Shown here piece by piece: positions 41,058-55,479 of a stretch of 64,000 bases of DNA; within the stretch, counting starts at the first letter, position 1; every line of letters starts with the position of its first letter. A program made the position numbers and the translations under genes. The notes beneath the pieces are model-generated. The model made no database searches. It was not told the DNA's origin and saw nothing but the letters and a program-made list of their open reading frames with translations. Source of the stretch: Octopus vulgaris (Eukaryota); NCBI GenBank assembly GCA_951406725.2, contig OX597814.1:152086001-152150000 (forward strand). The letters run 5' to 3'.

Positions 41058-42833
41058 ATGTATGTGTGTGTGCGTGTGTGTGTGCGTATGATCAATTACG
41101 TTTGTGTGTTTTTAGTTTCCATGCATACATCAATATCAGATATAAACTAGAAGTAAACAAAAAATTCGATTAATATTGTTTTACTGCTGTTTAGCTCCAG
41201 ATCAACAGTGATCGAACCAGCCTACGATCAAATATATTTCAGCCGCAACCACTTCGTCTTTATACAGGCATCGAGAACTACATTTTTTTAAAATGTATGG
41301 TTTATCTGGCTGTTATATCATGCAAGTCGAGTGACCACATGGAAGCTCAATCAAGATTGTTTTATTTTTCTTCTAATTGAAGTGGAAATTCTTATTCAGG
41401 TACAATCAATTTTAAAAGAAATCAATTTCTTCGATTTCGCACAAAATCTCTATAAGAAGGATATTTTTTTTATGAAATGTAGACGATTAAACAGTCTAAG
41501 ATTTTTAATAAAGATTTTTAAGTATTGTATCTTAACTCTTTTCTTGTCCAAAGTATTTTAATAAGTTTGTCTTAAACGTCCAAGCTTGTTTTAAGACTTT
41601 TTCAGACTTTCTTGTTAGCCCTTGTTTCATACGTTCTGAGTAATGATAAGGCTTTCCTTTAATAAGTCCAAAATTACTCTAGTGGCTGAAAAATAAGTAA
41701 TGTGTATTGTACAATGATGCATGGATATCAAGGAAATATATCCTGTGTTTGACATGTGATACACAGGACAGGCAAAGAGTTAATAACTACATTGATTTTT
41801 AGTATACGCACAAAACCATAAAATTGAGAAGAGAAGCCTAGCCGTTTACATTGACATCCAGTAGTCACTGGGATACATTTTATCAACGTCCGACTGATGG
41901 AAACAAAACCTAAGCCAGAAGGTTTTGCACCCAGAATTTTAAAAAAATATGTATGTAAATACTGAAAAGCATTTGTTGGTCGGATGCTCTGACGATTTCG
42001 CCAGCCCAATTATCAATCTCCTTAACCTAATAACTTTAATACGAAATAACGCAGTTGCTCGGTCTGCTACAAGGTATATCGATAGCTGTACTTAACTGTC
42101 GTATATTTTATTTTTACCAAAAGGATGAAAAGTAAATTTGACATCCATCATTGGAATCGAAATCAGAACATAATGAATTATAATTAACTACTGCTAGATG
42201 TTTAGATCGTCACTTTACCGATCTCGTCAACGTCATTAAACGCACTTATTGTACTGAACAGTGATAAATTAGAAAAAGGTCTTCTAGACACAAAGCAATT
42301 AGATGATGGGTTAAATGTTTTGAGTCAAGTTGCTGGACTTTTACGTCCGTCACAGGCATAGAGCGCTAGCCTCTGTTTACTATCATAAAAATAGCTTAGC
42401 ACAAACCATTATTATGTTGGTATGAAAAAGCCTCCCCTACCATTCCCTCTAGACTATTAAGTGGACCAAATGCAGTCAAGGTATTTAGCATCACTAAAAT
42501 AATAATAAAATAGTAAATTGTTTAGCACATGACGCTATAAGATTCAGGTTTTACATGTGAAGCTTTTCATATATTTCATCAAGAAATACAATTTACAATG
42601 GCATTTTAAACTAGGTTCATAAGGTCACCTGCCTCGAGAAGGGCATATTTTCATTCCAAATATTCATTATTTTGGATTTAAAAAGTGTTCCAACTGGTCA
42701 TTCGCTGAAGGTTTAAAGAATCAATGCCATGAGACTAAAAGGTTAAATATAAAGACGTCAGTTAAGTTTGTTTCATGTTTTAGAATCACAAATGTCAGTA
42801 CACTCATGTCGCTCACAAACACATGTACATACA

Positions 42834-42887
<54 letters not shown>

Positions 42888-43059
42888 GTTGTAAATATAT
42901 GTAAACACTATGTATATCCGTATGTATGCATATGTATATACGCATGTATGCTTATGTTTTGTACATATGTGTATATGTATGTAGTATGTGTGTATATATA
43001 TATATATATACACACACATATATGTATGTGTCTGTGTATGTTTATGTACATATATATCA

Positions 43060-43331
<272 letters not shown>

Positions 43332-43634
43332 ATATGTATATATCTACATATATATATATACATATATATAGCATAAAGAATGATAAACACAAGATACCGT
43401 ATACATATGTATGTGTCTGTGTATGTTTATGTATATATATATATATCAATATATATATATGTATGTATGTATATATGTGTGTATTTATGTATGTATGTAT
43501 ATATGTATGTTTGTATGTATGTATGTATACACATAAACACATATACACATAATATTTTCCCTTTCCACTAGAATAACAACCGTTCCCTAACAAAATGAGG
43601 CACATGGTAGTGTTTCGGTACACATAAATCATGT

Positions 43635-43669
<35 letters not shown>

Positions 43670-44229
43670 ATGAATATGCTGACATACTCACCTGAAAAAT
43701 TTATTAAATGTTTTGCAGTTTTTCTATATCGTTAATGACGCTATTGTTGCTGTTTGGCCCCAACCTGAATGACCAGACCAATTATCAAAGGCGTTCCAGT
43801 CATGTTCCTAACATGTTTTTGTAAATCTCGTCTTGTGTTCTCCAACGTCTCTTGCCTTTTTCATTTGTTTATTTTTATTTTTTTATTATTTTGTTAGGGT
43901 AAGATTTGACGGAGATTTAGTTGCTTAGTCGTTGGCTCAAATTTCATTCATGTTGTTGATTATTCGTCCTAGGCAAGATTTGATCAAGTAGAAATACAAA
44001 GAAAGTCATTTCCAAGCATAATCACCGAGTATCGTTTTTAACTCATGAATAGAACTGTATAAATCAATTTGTATTTTTCTTTTTTTTTAAGACGGTAAGT
44101 GATTATTTGAAGAAAATTCAACGGTTTCTTCTGGCACATCAACCGAATTCATAGAAGGTTCTCGGTTAATTTGTGAGCAATTCAATAATATGAGGCGCAC
44201 ACTGCAAGGTAGCTTGGTACCATCCTTTT

Positions 44230-44600
44230 TCACCATCCATTCATCCATTCTCGGCGACCATTATTCCTGGTAGAGTTGTGAGTGTAGTCTCCTCGGGAAT
44301 TTCCTTTATAGAAACGTATCAGAAGCAACCGTCATAACTCTTTCCTGCTGGATTCCCAAGCGCGATCAACTGATATTATGGATATTATTCAATCATCTCA
44401 GTCGTGGTCTACCCTTAGGTCACCCGCAGGTTGGTTTGGCTCAAATAATCCGTTTTGCGATCTTTTGCTGCTGCTTCTTTCTTACCACATGTCCGTACTA
44501 CTGGAGTTGTGACGTCCCAATGCGTAGAGATAGTGGTTCGACCTGGAGGGAAACCTTGATATCCGAGGTACGCATCTGTCGAGTAACGTAACTCTGGTGA
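44230..44600 (-). mobile_element. RTE-type LINE 3' end
   Basis: The minus strand gives LQVEPLSLRIGTSQLQ*YGHVVR..KIAKRI..PKGRPRLR*LNNI, with a short (GGAT)-like tail. Confidence 0.75.
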
Positions 44601-44909
44601 TCCTTTTGAGAAAATAGAAGCATTAACGGAGATATTTTGTTACTTAGAAAGCATCACAAGTGACTTAAGCTACGACTGATAACTATTGTACGTAGGTTTT
44701 GTATGACTTTACCAGCGGCATTCTCATTCTATGTAACTTTACCTCAATGCATATATATATGTACGTTCATTTTGTTTTCTTTCTCAAATTTCTCATCGAT
44801 AATGACTCTGTTTCTAAGTTAGAGACAAGACTCAAATTTAAACATCATCAATTTACTTGTAATGTGTTCTTGTGTGCCTGTATGTATCAATGCATGTATA
44901 TATATAAAA

Positions 44910-45003
<94 letters not shown>

Positions 45004-45029
45004 TATATGTGTGTGTGTGTGTGCGTGTG

Positions 45030-47785
45030 CAAGTATAAATTTCTTTGCGTGCGTGAATCTGTATACTTTAATTTACGTGCGGAGCCTGTGCTTATGTTTA
45101 CTCGTTTGTATATGCAATACATGCCAAACATTTCTGGAATGTTTTAAATGTTTGCACAGTTCTGTTAATGGCTTATAATTGTAAATCTTAATTAGCGGTA
45201 TCCTTTTGGGATTGTGTAGCTCAGTTTCTTAAGATTGGTACCGAAACAACAAGTTACAGTTGCTCAGTAATTACTGGTAGAAAACAAAAGCTATTGTTCA
45301 GCTGATGTATCAGCTAATTTCTCATTAGTTCGCCGTGGATATTTTTATTTTTAATCATCTTTCACATTATGTTAACATCTGCTGGACATGCACACTTTTT
45401 TCTCTATCCCAAATCATTAAGGCTAGTCTGTTACGTCTCTATTTTACTGAAGTCTTGATAAGAACATTCCAACATTATTCTTTCAAATTATGAGTGAGTC
45501 TTCCCCCTTATGGCTCCGTTAGTTCTTATATTTTGATATTTAGAACTGTACTATCCACGGATTACATTGTATAATGTTTCGACCACAATATCATGTTACA
45601 AAGGATATTTTTAGACAATAATTTTGGACGGCTTCTTACGATAGGAGTGATGCATTTGACGTTAATTTCACAGTCTGCTTCAATCGTTGCATCTAGATAT
45701 TTTACTTGTTTCACAATCCTTTTTTGTACAACAGGTATTTTGGTATCACCTGTTCTTGGAATGTGAGAAGATATCATACAAAGACGTAACATAATGGTTG
45801 TTAGTAAAAGTTATTTTAGACACTCTTACTTTGAAGCGTCCAAACAACAAAGAAAAGTATGGCCTTCTCCTGGTGTGCATTTAATCGATGATGTGTTGCG
45901 CTAGAGATAGATGTCTTTCGGGAAACATTTTCTGAGGATCACTTCCTCCCTTATAATTCATGCTAAATCATATATTCATGTTTCTACGTCATGTTTTCAT
46001 CAAATCTTCGCTATGTATTCATGTTATCAGCGCCATGTATTCATACTTGATCCAAGGATACATTTCAAAGGGATATTATGCAACATACAAAGGTTGTTTG
46101 ACTCTATATTAAGCCCCAGCTTTCAGGTTATCTACAAAGAATCTATGTACTAGGGTGGTGTCTTTCTTCCCTTCAGATTTTCTGAACAAAAAAGGTGAAG
46201 GAATTTATTGGGTATATAAGCACCATCCAAGCGATCAGTTTCTGTATTTATCTTCAGATTGTTGGTCCAATGAAGTTAGGTTGCCTATGTTTTGATTACG
46301 ATTTATGAGACCTTCATAGATAGAATGGTTTTTAGCGTCAGCGGGAAGCAGAATTTTTGTGTTATGATATAAGACTGTAATCAAGTCCTTCGTACGCCTT
46401 TGCACCTCTTTTTCCCCCTGTTACTTGTTCGGATGATATCAAAGTGATTCTGAGGGAAAAGGTTTAGACAAGTTGTATACATTTATGCATTAAACTCAGC
46501 CATGCATGTTTCGCCATTTAAGCGGCTTTGTGTTTTGTGTTGGTTCTTCCAACACCAACCAGCTTTGTGTGTTTGTATCTCCATTGAAAGCTTGCTGGTA
46601 AAGACTGATAGCTCCGATACGTCAAATTTCTGTACTAGTTTCCGAAAATCAAGTCTCAGTGCCCTCTTATCCTGAGGTTTTCTTCAATTACAGTCTCAAG
46701 AGAAACATCATTTATGCATATTTTGGGGGTAATGCAAGAAAAAGACTTCTTGAGAATTTCTTCGTATCCACACTGTGTAATGATTAAGTTCCATCTCCTC
46801 ACTCCAGATTTTTCTCCACATCGGATCTGCATCTTCCTGAGAAAGAGACGCTATAATGGTTATTGATTATTTCCCCATATCTCTGTAAACTGCTGATTGC
46901 TTATAATTGATCTTATTAACTATTTCCTTTTTCAGCAATTCTCTGGTAAAAGTTTTCAAATTAAAGCTCTGAGGATCTGTTTGGGTTAATTATGTTTCAC
47001 TCGTTTTATTCTCGTTTTATCATCTACAAACATTGCTTCCATTTCATCTTTCAGTTTTGTTACTAATGTCATTTGTTCGTATACGATAAGAATTATTAGA
47101 TCAACGATCTCTTTTACCAGTTTTCCAAATCCATTATGGTAATTTTTCATTGTTTTGCATTTGTTTATGTTTTCATAACTCCAAGATATTGCTCTGGAGT
47201 TGTTTAGGGAACAAATACACACGTAAAATTTGCTGAAATGAAGGGACATTACTCTGTTGCAACTGCCGGTGAAGAGAGTTCTTTCCTGTAGCGGGAGGTT
47301 TAAATTGAAATAATCTTTTCTTGAAATATTGCACTAAGAATATATTTCAATTGTTTATATTCGTCACACTTTTAGCTCGTAGTACTGTTATCTTCCTTGT
47401 TGTTACAGTCACTGACATTGTAATGCCGACTGCTAGCATGACTGCGAGATAACATTGTAACAGCAGGAATCTGGTTTGTTGGGACATGTGTTGTTATTAT
47501 AAGTTCGTTCTAGTAAAGTTTTATTCGTGTGATATAGCCAACAGAGTTCTTGTTCGCCATTTTGCAGTAATTAAAAAGAATCATTGAGATCACAAGTCTA
47601 GATAACAAGAGATTCGATTTTTTTCAAGTGAAATCAGTTTCATATAAAATTTAAAAGATTCTGTTTACCATTCTCAATTATATTTTTGCTGTTCTTCATC
47701 AATACTGTTAATATTGTGTCTAGCATTGTAAACTGTAGCAAATGTCTGCATTGCGAATTCAAGTTTCAGTAGGGTATCGCGAAGT

Positions 47786-47788
<3 letters not shown>
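45030..47788 (-). mobile_element. Near full-span but decayed R4/Dong-like element (copy C)
   Basis: Minus strand, in order: candidate ATG at ~47560, MWRKIWSEEMELNHYTVWI, LVHRFFVDNLK (RT active-site region), LMIWDREK..CPADVNI (RLE), TVQTFKTF terminus, then (CA)n. Confidence 0.75.
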
Positions 47789-47817
<29 letters not shown>

Positions 47818-47844
47818 TGTATGTATGTATGTATGTATGTATGT

Positions 47845-48104
47845 CTCTTCCATTTTTTAATTATTATAAATCTTCCACTGAGGAAGGAGCCGGTTACCAA
47901 CAAAGATACAAGGTTCTACCTTTATGATGTAGTTAACACAGACAAATTCACATTTGGAACTTCAGAAAAGTCTTGCATATTTTTACTATTCCACTCACAG
48001 ATTGCACTTGTAATGTACAAATTAGCCGGTCGATTTCGCTTTCTGAAAATCCCAGTTTATCCAAATTCTCCTTTAAGCATTTACTAACAAAACCTATGCT
48101 TCTT
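47845..48104 (-). mobile_element. 5'-truncated R4/Dong-like 3' end (copy B) between two (TACA)n arrays
   Basis: The minus strand gives SIGFVSKCLKENLDKLGFSESEIDRLICTLQVQSVSGIVKICKTFLKFQM*, then a 3' UTR. Confidence 0.8.
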
Positions 48105-48133
48105 GTATGTATGTATGTATGTATGTATGTATG

Positions 48134-48164
<31 letters not shown>

Positions 48165-49050
48165 CTTTATCCTATAATTCTTTGAATTATTTATATTAAA
48201 AAGTTGTTTAGAAAATAGCTGAAGTATATATAGAGCTACATTTTGAATATTAAAAAGTTTCGTATATTTTCCCTGTACCTTTTGCAGATTAAATTTGTAG
48301 AATTAAAATTAAATTCCATCTTTCTTTCCCTAAAAACTCCAGCTTTTCCAGATTACTATTCATACCCTTAGCAACATAACATAACCGAATAATCTAATGA
48401 TTACGGACACAAGTATAAATTAGTCATCTGGGGATAGAATGTGGCTGTTTCGGTGCTATTAATCAAACATTTTTCTCTTTAATTTTGAACGAAATATTTA
48501 CACCTGAAGGGCAGCTGAACTCCATCATACAATATGAAATTTGTTTTTATATTCCAAACAATATATTTGGAATATTGCGAACATTTGGTGGGTATGCTAC
48601 ATCAATATTCTTTAGTTTGAAATGTGTGAATATACTTGACGCAAGAAATACCTTGTTTCCAAGGAAGACTTTTCTGAGAATGGAATTGTATATTATTTTG
48701 GCAACAGCGTTATAATAACTTGTTGACATTTCTTAGCTACTGCTGATTACATGTATAATCTCAACGATTTGTGATGTAATCAACATTTTCGGTAGTATTT
48801 GGGGAGTTAAGAGACTTCACCTTCTCTTTCGTTCAACGCGTAGTTTGTAGTTGCTTGTTGCTCTTGTATTGAAAATGCATAACCTTCAAAATGTGACGTG
48901 ATGTAATGGTCACGAGACCAGGGGAGGTTACACTTCCTGTCGATGTTGACATTCTCAAATTTCCTGGAAATATATTCATGCATAACCTTTTGTTGTTATG
49001 CAGTGTATTTCATTTTTAGATTTTTTTTATTGAAGTATATTCGTATGCAT
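48165..49050 (-). mobile_element. R4/Dong-like 3' part (copy A), flanked by (TACA)n
   Basis: The minus strand gives VMHEYIS..WSRDHYITSHFEGYAFSIQEQ..IIHVISSS*EMSTSYY..MEFSCPSGVNI..NLEKLEF..GTGKIYETF. Confidence 0.8.
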
Positions 49051-49529
49051 GAACACATATATATATGTAGGCATATATATATGTTTGTTTGTATGTATGT
49101 ATGTATGTACGTAGGTACGTACATTATGCATATATGTATGTATGTTCTCTTTATAATCGGAGTTTTAGATCCCATTTTAGGCGACTGTTTTCACAGTGTT
49201 AGAGTTAAAAAGAAAAGGCAAAAGAAAAACGACTTCTTTTCCTTTCGTTATTCTTTGTGCAGCCTATTATTCTATATTTTATAAAATTCTGGAATATTTT
49301 GATTGTCTCAAATTCCTAGTGCTTTTTGTCAGTAGTCATGAATTATGAGGTTACGTTCTATATTAGTAGTCAATTTTAATGGTCCTTTATTTAATCCACA
49401 TAGCAACGATGAAAGAAAGAGTGAACCCGGCGGGATTTGAACTAACAACGTAAAAAACGTACCCAAACATCAATAGATATTTTGACTGATGCTTTACTGA
49501 TTCTAACATGGTTTTGTAAGATATATACT

Positions 49530-49745
49530 GATTTCAAATTTTGATAAAAGGCCAGCAATTTTGGAAAAAGGATATTAGCCGATTACACCAACCCCATGGC
49601 TCAGCTGGTACTTATTTCATTGACTACGAAAGGATGAAAGGCACAGTCGACCTCGGCAAAATTTGAACTCAGAACACAAGGACGGACGAAATGCCACTAA
49701 GCATTTTGCTCGGCGTGCTAACTATTCTGCCAGCTCACCGCCTTG
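49530..49745 (-). mobile_element. Nin/Deu-like tRNA SINE
   Basis: cgaaaggatgaaaggcacagtcgacctcggcaaaatttgaactcagaac..ctgccagctcaccgcc. Confidence 0.8.
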
Positions 49746-51021
49746 TTCGTAATGTATGTATCTATTTGTAACATAGTCACAAGATCTCAAATTTTGATGA
49801 CTGGAAAATGTTGATACAATCCATATTAAGATCAGTCTTAGTTAATGACTAGCACAGGAACTTCTTTTAATGAAACAGGAAAATGAAGGGTAAAGATGAC
49901 GTTGGTGGGATTCGAAATCAAGGCGTCAAATTGCGTTACAAGATATCTACAGAGTTTTTCTCGAGTGATTTATTTATTCTTCCATCAACTGCAGATCGCA
50001 TTCGAAAATTATTTAATTGTTTGATAATTATTTATTTAAACAATCTGTTTTCTTTCGTAATATGATACACATTTACAATAGAGTAAAATCACGTCAAAGT
50101 GTTTGGTTTACATTTTTCTTTAATTTAGTTTGGTGAGGGAAGAGTGCCTTTGACGTGGTCAGGGACAACGGAATGTCAAAATGCTGATGTTTTAGATGGA
50201 TAATTGGGAGAAGTTATTAGTATAGGTTTCCGAGTGAGATACTATAAAGGTAACGTGCCAAACGTGTAGCAGCAGGGACAACTCAGATATGGTAGTAGGA
50301 TTCCATTATGATCCTTCAGGAAATTTGTAGAGGGTCAGTTATTGATTAGAGCTGAACAATTTTCTAAACATCAATGTAGATATAACTGCGCCGTGTATTT
50401 GAGATTGTCAACTTTTGTTCAGTTTATTATGGGTTTCATAGTTTCTGAATGTAATGTACCGTAAAAAAAACTGACAAGATGTACGGAGCATGAAATTCGG
50501 TTTGAAAATACCTTAGCATCAATAGAGGCTATTAAAATGTAGTCAATGTAATTTCTTAAAACAAACACATTAGAAATGTCTTACATATACATATGTTTCT
50601 CTGTATGTATAATTGACTCATGCATATATGTGTGCATGCTAGTATGTAAGCACGTATGTCTGTATGATAAATCTGTCAATGTAGATATGTATATAACTTT
50701 GTACGGTTGATTGTATAAACGCCTGTATATATGTACATATAAATGTATATATGAATACAAGGGTGAACAATATACGTATGAATTATATATTAAAGTATAT
50801 ATGTATGAATATAAGCATTTATGGTTATTTGTATGTATATCAAATATGAATTCTATCTCGATCAGTCGATAAAACATATTTATTGTAGTTTTGCGAACAA
50901 TGACTCTTGGAATTTATATCCATATATCATTTATTTCTGTTGGGAATATAAAGCTTATAAACTCCGTTTCAATAGAAGATATATTAAATCACAGAGACAT
51001 GTGCACATATATGCAGTCAAA

Positions 51022-51069
<48 letters not shown>

Positions 51070-51368
51070 CGTGTATATATATATATGTGTGTGTGTATAT
51101 ATATATATGTCTTTCACTCATTCTTTTTACCTCTATCATTGTATGCCCACTCGTAATCATATAAACATTCACTGGCTGAGAAATTTACACTTTCATATAT
51201 AAATCTCTCTCCTTCCCCTTCCTTCTACCTGTATACATACATACATACATACATACATACATACATACATACATACATACATACATACATACATGCATGC
51301 ATGCATGCATACATATATACATGTGTATATATGCATGTATGCATGTATGGGTGCATGTCTATATATTC

Positions 51369-51761
<393 letters not shown>

Positions 51762-51773
51762 ATATATATATAT

Positions 51774-51819
<46 letters not shown>

Positions 51820-53211
51820 CGCCTGTGTCTGTATACACACTGAGGGGTAGATACATATATATGTCCACATAAAAACACAGATTTATGCACAAATCTAAAG
51901 CAGATCGGAATATGAAACATTCTCACAAATTCTCTCTCACACAAACTCACAAACGGTAATACAAATATATATATATAAATATATATACACACTCACACAT
52001 GAATCAAGTTGGAAAAATAGACAAGGAAAATTGTTAAAATGATGAATGATTTTTCTTGAACTTCTTGGAAATTATTTAAAATATTCATAAATTTAATATC
52101 TCAGATCTATTTAGACCATTAATTATGGAAAGAATGTTTATTCGCTTGTTTTATGCTCTGCATCTTTGTTTGTATGTATGTATTCTGTGTATGTATGCAT
52201 ATGTGTGTGTGTGTGTGTGTGTATCCATGTGTTTGTGCATATATGTATTTATACATGTATGCATCCAAGTATGAATGTTTGCATGCCTTCGTATATATGT
52301 TCATGCACATATCAATATATTTGCGTAAGTTTATATGTACATACACACATACATGCATATATATATATGTATGTGTTTGTGTATGTGTATGCATGTGTGT
52401 GCGCATGTATGTGTGCGTGCGTGTGCGTGAGTGTGCCTGTGTGTGCGTGTGCGCGCGTGTGTGTGCGTGTGTGTTTGTGCATACATATATATATGAATGC
52501 ATATATATATGTTTTCTATTTCCTTTAGTTTTACTAAAATTATTCTTTGTCCTATCCAAACCAGTCATCCAGTGCCAAAGCTTCTTTTTAAATCAAGACA
52601 GCTCTTGGAATGTATGAATATGTGCGTATGTCATTATGTCGTATGAACATAGGCAGATATGTAATGGTACGTATATGCTCATTCCTGAAAACTCAAATGG
52701 AGAACATTTATAATATTTTACAAATCATCACTTTCATTAATGGGTTGTGTGTAGAGTAAGTGAGCTATATTTGTTCTCTTTTGGAACACCAGCATTTCCA
52801 AACATTCATGTAAATCTGCTCTTACATAATCTCTAATACTCATAAGAATTGGTACAAATGAAAATATGAGGCTTAACTTCAAATATGGTTAGAGGAATAG
52901 AAGCTTCGGAGTTCCAAAGAAGGAACCAAAAGGCATTATATTCTCATATGGTAGCGGAATATCATTTCCAATTGAAAAATTGCCTGTTAATTTATCAGCA
53001 TGAAACCATTGGTACTAGACGTGTCGAGTACACATACTTCGAATTTGCCAATAACGTATATATGTATATGCTATCATAAAACGGAGACATGAAATGCTGC
53101 AATTGCATGGCAACTCATCAGTTATCATCTATAAATGCAAAATATGGTTGCCCCGCGACATCTCTGATTGAGGCTTAGGTGCAGGTTGTATAAATTAAAG
53201 CAAGCTAAAAC

Positions 53212-53276
<65 letters not shown>

Positions 53277-53277
53277 T

Positions 53278-53509
53278 GTCTTAAATGGTACGTCAAAGGT
53301 ATTGAGAAGAACATTGTCGCTGTGGATTTTCTTTCCTTTTCCCCTTATTTTCTTCGTTTTCTTTGTTTTCATTTTTTCTTAATTCACCTATTTCCTCTGT
53401 CTTCCTATCCATTTTATTCTGTCACTGTATACCAATGTATACAGTGAGTGTCTTTGCCCTAGGTGTTATGAAGATACTTGGTCAGTAATTGAAACAAAAT
53501 TGAAAGAAG

Positions 53510-53510
<1 letters not shown>
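53278..53510 (+). mobile_element. Extreme 3' end of a Dong-like element between (TAA)n arrays
   Basis: VLNGTSKVLRRTLSL (compare LLGTAxILRxVL), then a 3' UTR, with (TAA)n at 53212-53277 and 53511-53550. Confidence 0.65.
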
Positions 53511-53599
<89 letters not shown>

Positions 53600-53684
53600 A
53601 TGATAATAATAATAATAAATCATTACATATATACGTATGCATATGTATACAATTATATATATACACACACACACGCACATATCA

Positions 53685-54290
53685 TCATCATCATCATTTA
53701 ACGTCCGTTGTCCACACTGGCATGGGTCGGACGGTCTGACTAGGTTGGCACGCTGGAAGGCTGCGCTAGGCTCTAGTCTGATTTGGCATGGCTTTCTACG
53801 GCTGGATGCCCTTCCTAATGCCAACCACTCCGAGAGAGTAATGGGTGCTTTTACTTGTCACCGGTACGGGTGCAATTTGCGTGACACTAGTATCTACCTT
53901 GCTCTTCTTCTTAAGCACGACATAATGCCAAAAGTATTGGTCATTGCCTCCGCGAGATCCAACACTCGAAAGGAACTCGGCCACTTTGCCTCTTTGAGGC
54001 TCAACGCTCGATAAGAACTCAGCCACCTCGCCTCCGTGAGGCCCAAGACTCGAAAGGAACTCAGCCACTTTTCTTCCGTCAGGTCCAACGCCCGAAAGAA
54101 TCTCAGCCACCATGTCTCCATGAGGCCCAACTCTCGAAAGGAACTCAGCCATTTGGCCTCCGTGAGGCCTAACATTCAAAGGTTGATTTTTTCACGTGCC
54201 ATCAGCACGGGTGCACTTGGCTTGACGGGTCCTCTTAAGCAGATAACATCGCCAAAGGTCTCGGTGACTAGTCATTGCCTCTGTGAGATA
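53685..54290 (-). mobile_element. SINE-like element with an RTE-like 3' end, (GAT)n tail and internal minisatellite
   Basis: The minus strand reads gttggcattaggaagggcatccagccgtagaaa..cccatgccagtgtggacaacggacgttaaatgatgatgatg. Confidence 0.6.
53946..54182. repeat. 42-bp tandem repeat, ~5.6 copies
   Basis: Units start at 53946, 53988, 54030, 54072, 54114 and 54156. Consensus is approximately gcctccgtgaggcccaacnctcgaaaggaactcagccacyyy. Confidence 0.93.
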
Positions 54291-55321
54291 TATAGTAGAA
54301 ATTATGTGTACAAGTATATGTACGATTACCAATGTTACGTTTAGAATTTCACGTAGATTTTCGTAGTTCAATCTACTTTCTGTATAGTTGTTAATTTACT
54401 TCTAAACTGTGTAGTATTACTAGTTTTGAGCTACAGAGAAAACGTAGGGGCAAAAAATAAGAATAAACACAAGTTTATATTAAAGATCCTACACACGTTT
54501 CACCATAAATAGTTGTTTGGAGCCCAACGATGAATGTCCCGAATACATATCAATACTTATCCATGTACCACGCATTTCAGTTCCTCTGTTTAAAACATCC
54601 ATCCATCTATCCATCTGTTCGTCCACCAAAATATCGCTACATTTGTAGCTAAATAATCCTATTCCATATAATTATGAACTCTCTATCACAGATACTGTAA
54701 TTATAGTGTGAAACAGCTAGACTAATTTACGACGCATGCGCAGAAAACCAATCAGCATCATTGCTACTAATTATATAAAGCAATGACTGTTTTGACTCCA
54801 ATATATTATCTCTGATCCCTCTAGATTTTGTGCTAATAGTTCTACATACATACAAATGAAATAGACCCCACCTCTTTCTTTGTCTACTTTTCTCCCTTTC
54901 ACGCGCTTTCTTCTTATCGCTTATTTTCCATCTCCTCCTTCTATATTTTCTTCTTTTCCTCTGATCTCTCTCTCTCTTTATCAGTCTCTCTCAATCCCTC
55001 CAGCTCATTCTCACGCCCTCTCACCACGCCTTATCTTTCTTTTCATATTTTACTGCAGAGCGAATTTTTCTCATATGTTTTCTTTCAATTACGCACATTA
55101 CGTTTTTCAGAGCTAAATATACATAATTGAGAGTTGATATATAAATAATCAATAAAAAAAATTGATATATTCGATTTATGAAAGAAGATTATATGCAATG
55201 CTTTTCTTTGAATTCTTTGGAATAAGTTAAAGTGATATTTTAAAACAGATATGGGCTAAGATATATATTTAGTATTGATGTGTAACTGGTTAATGGTACT
55301 ATGGTATCTTAGAAATAATAA

Positions 55322-55368
<47 letters not shown>

Positions 55369-55479
55369 ATAATAATAACAGTAACAACAATAAAAAAAAA
55401 CTAGTAAAAGTGCTTGATTCTAACAAAAACCGAATCAATAACAGCAGAACACATTCTTTAGAAACAATGAAAGGAAATT

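Noticed and set aside
50110-50500. L2/CR1 RT C-terminal relic on the minus strand
   Set aside because: Only a faint LTLYK..IMESYYHI resemblance across frameshifts.
52870-53080. hAT fragment (NQKALYSH)
   Set aside because: A single weak motif is not enough to call it.
53946-54182. CRISPR array or 14-aa repeat protein
   Set aside because: The units are contiguous with no unique spacers, the context is eukaryotic, and open frames follow from the 42-bp period.
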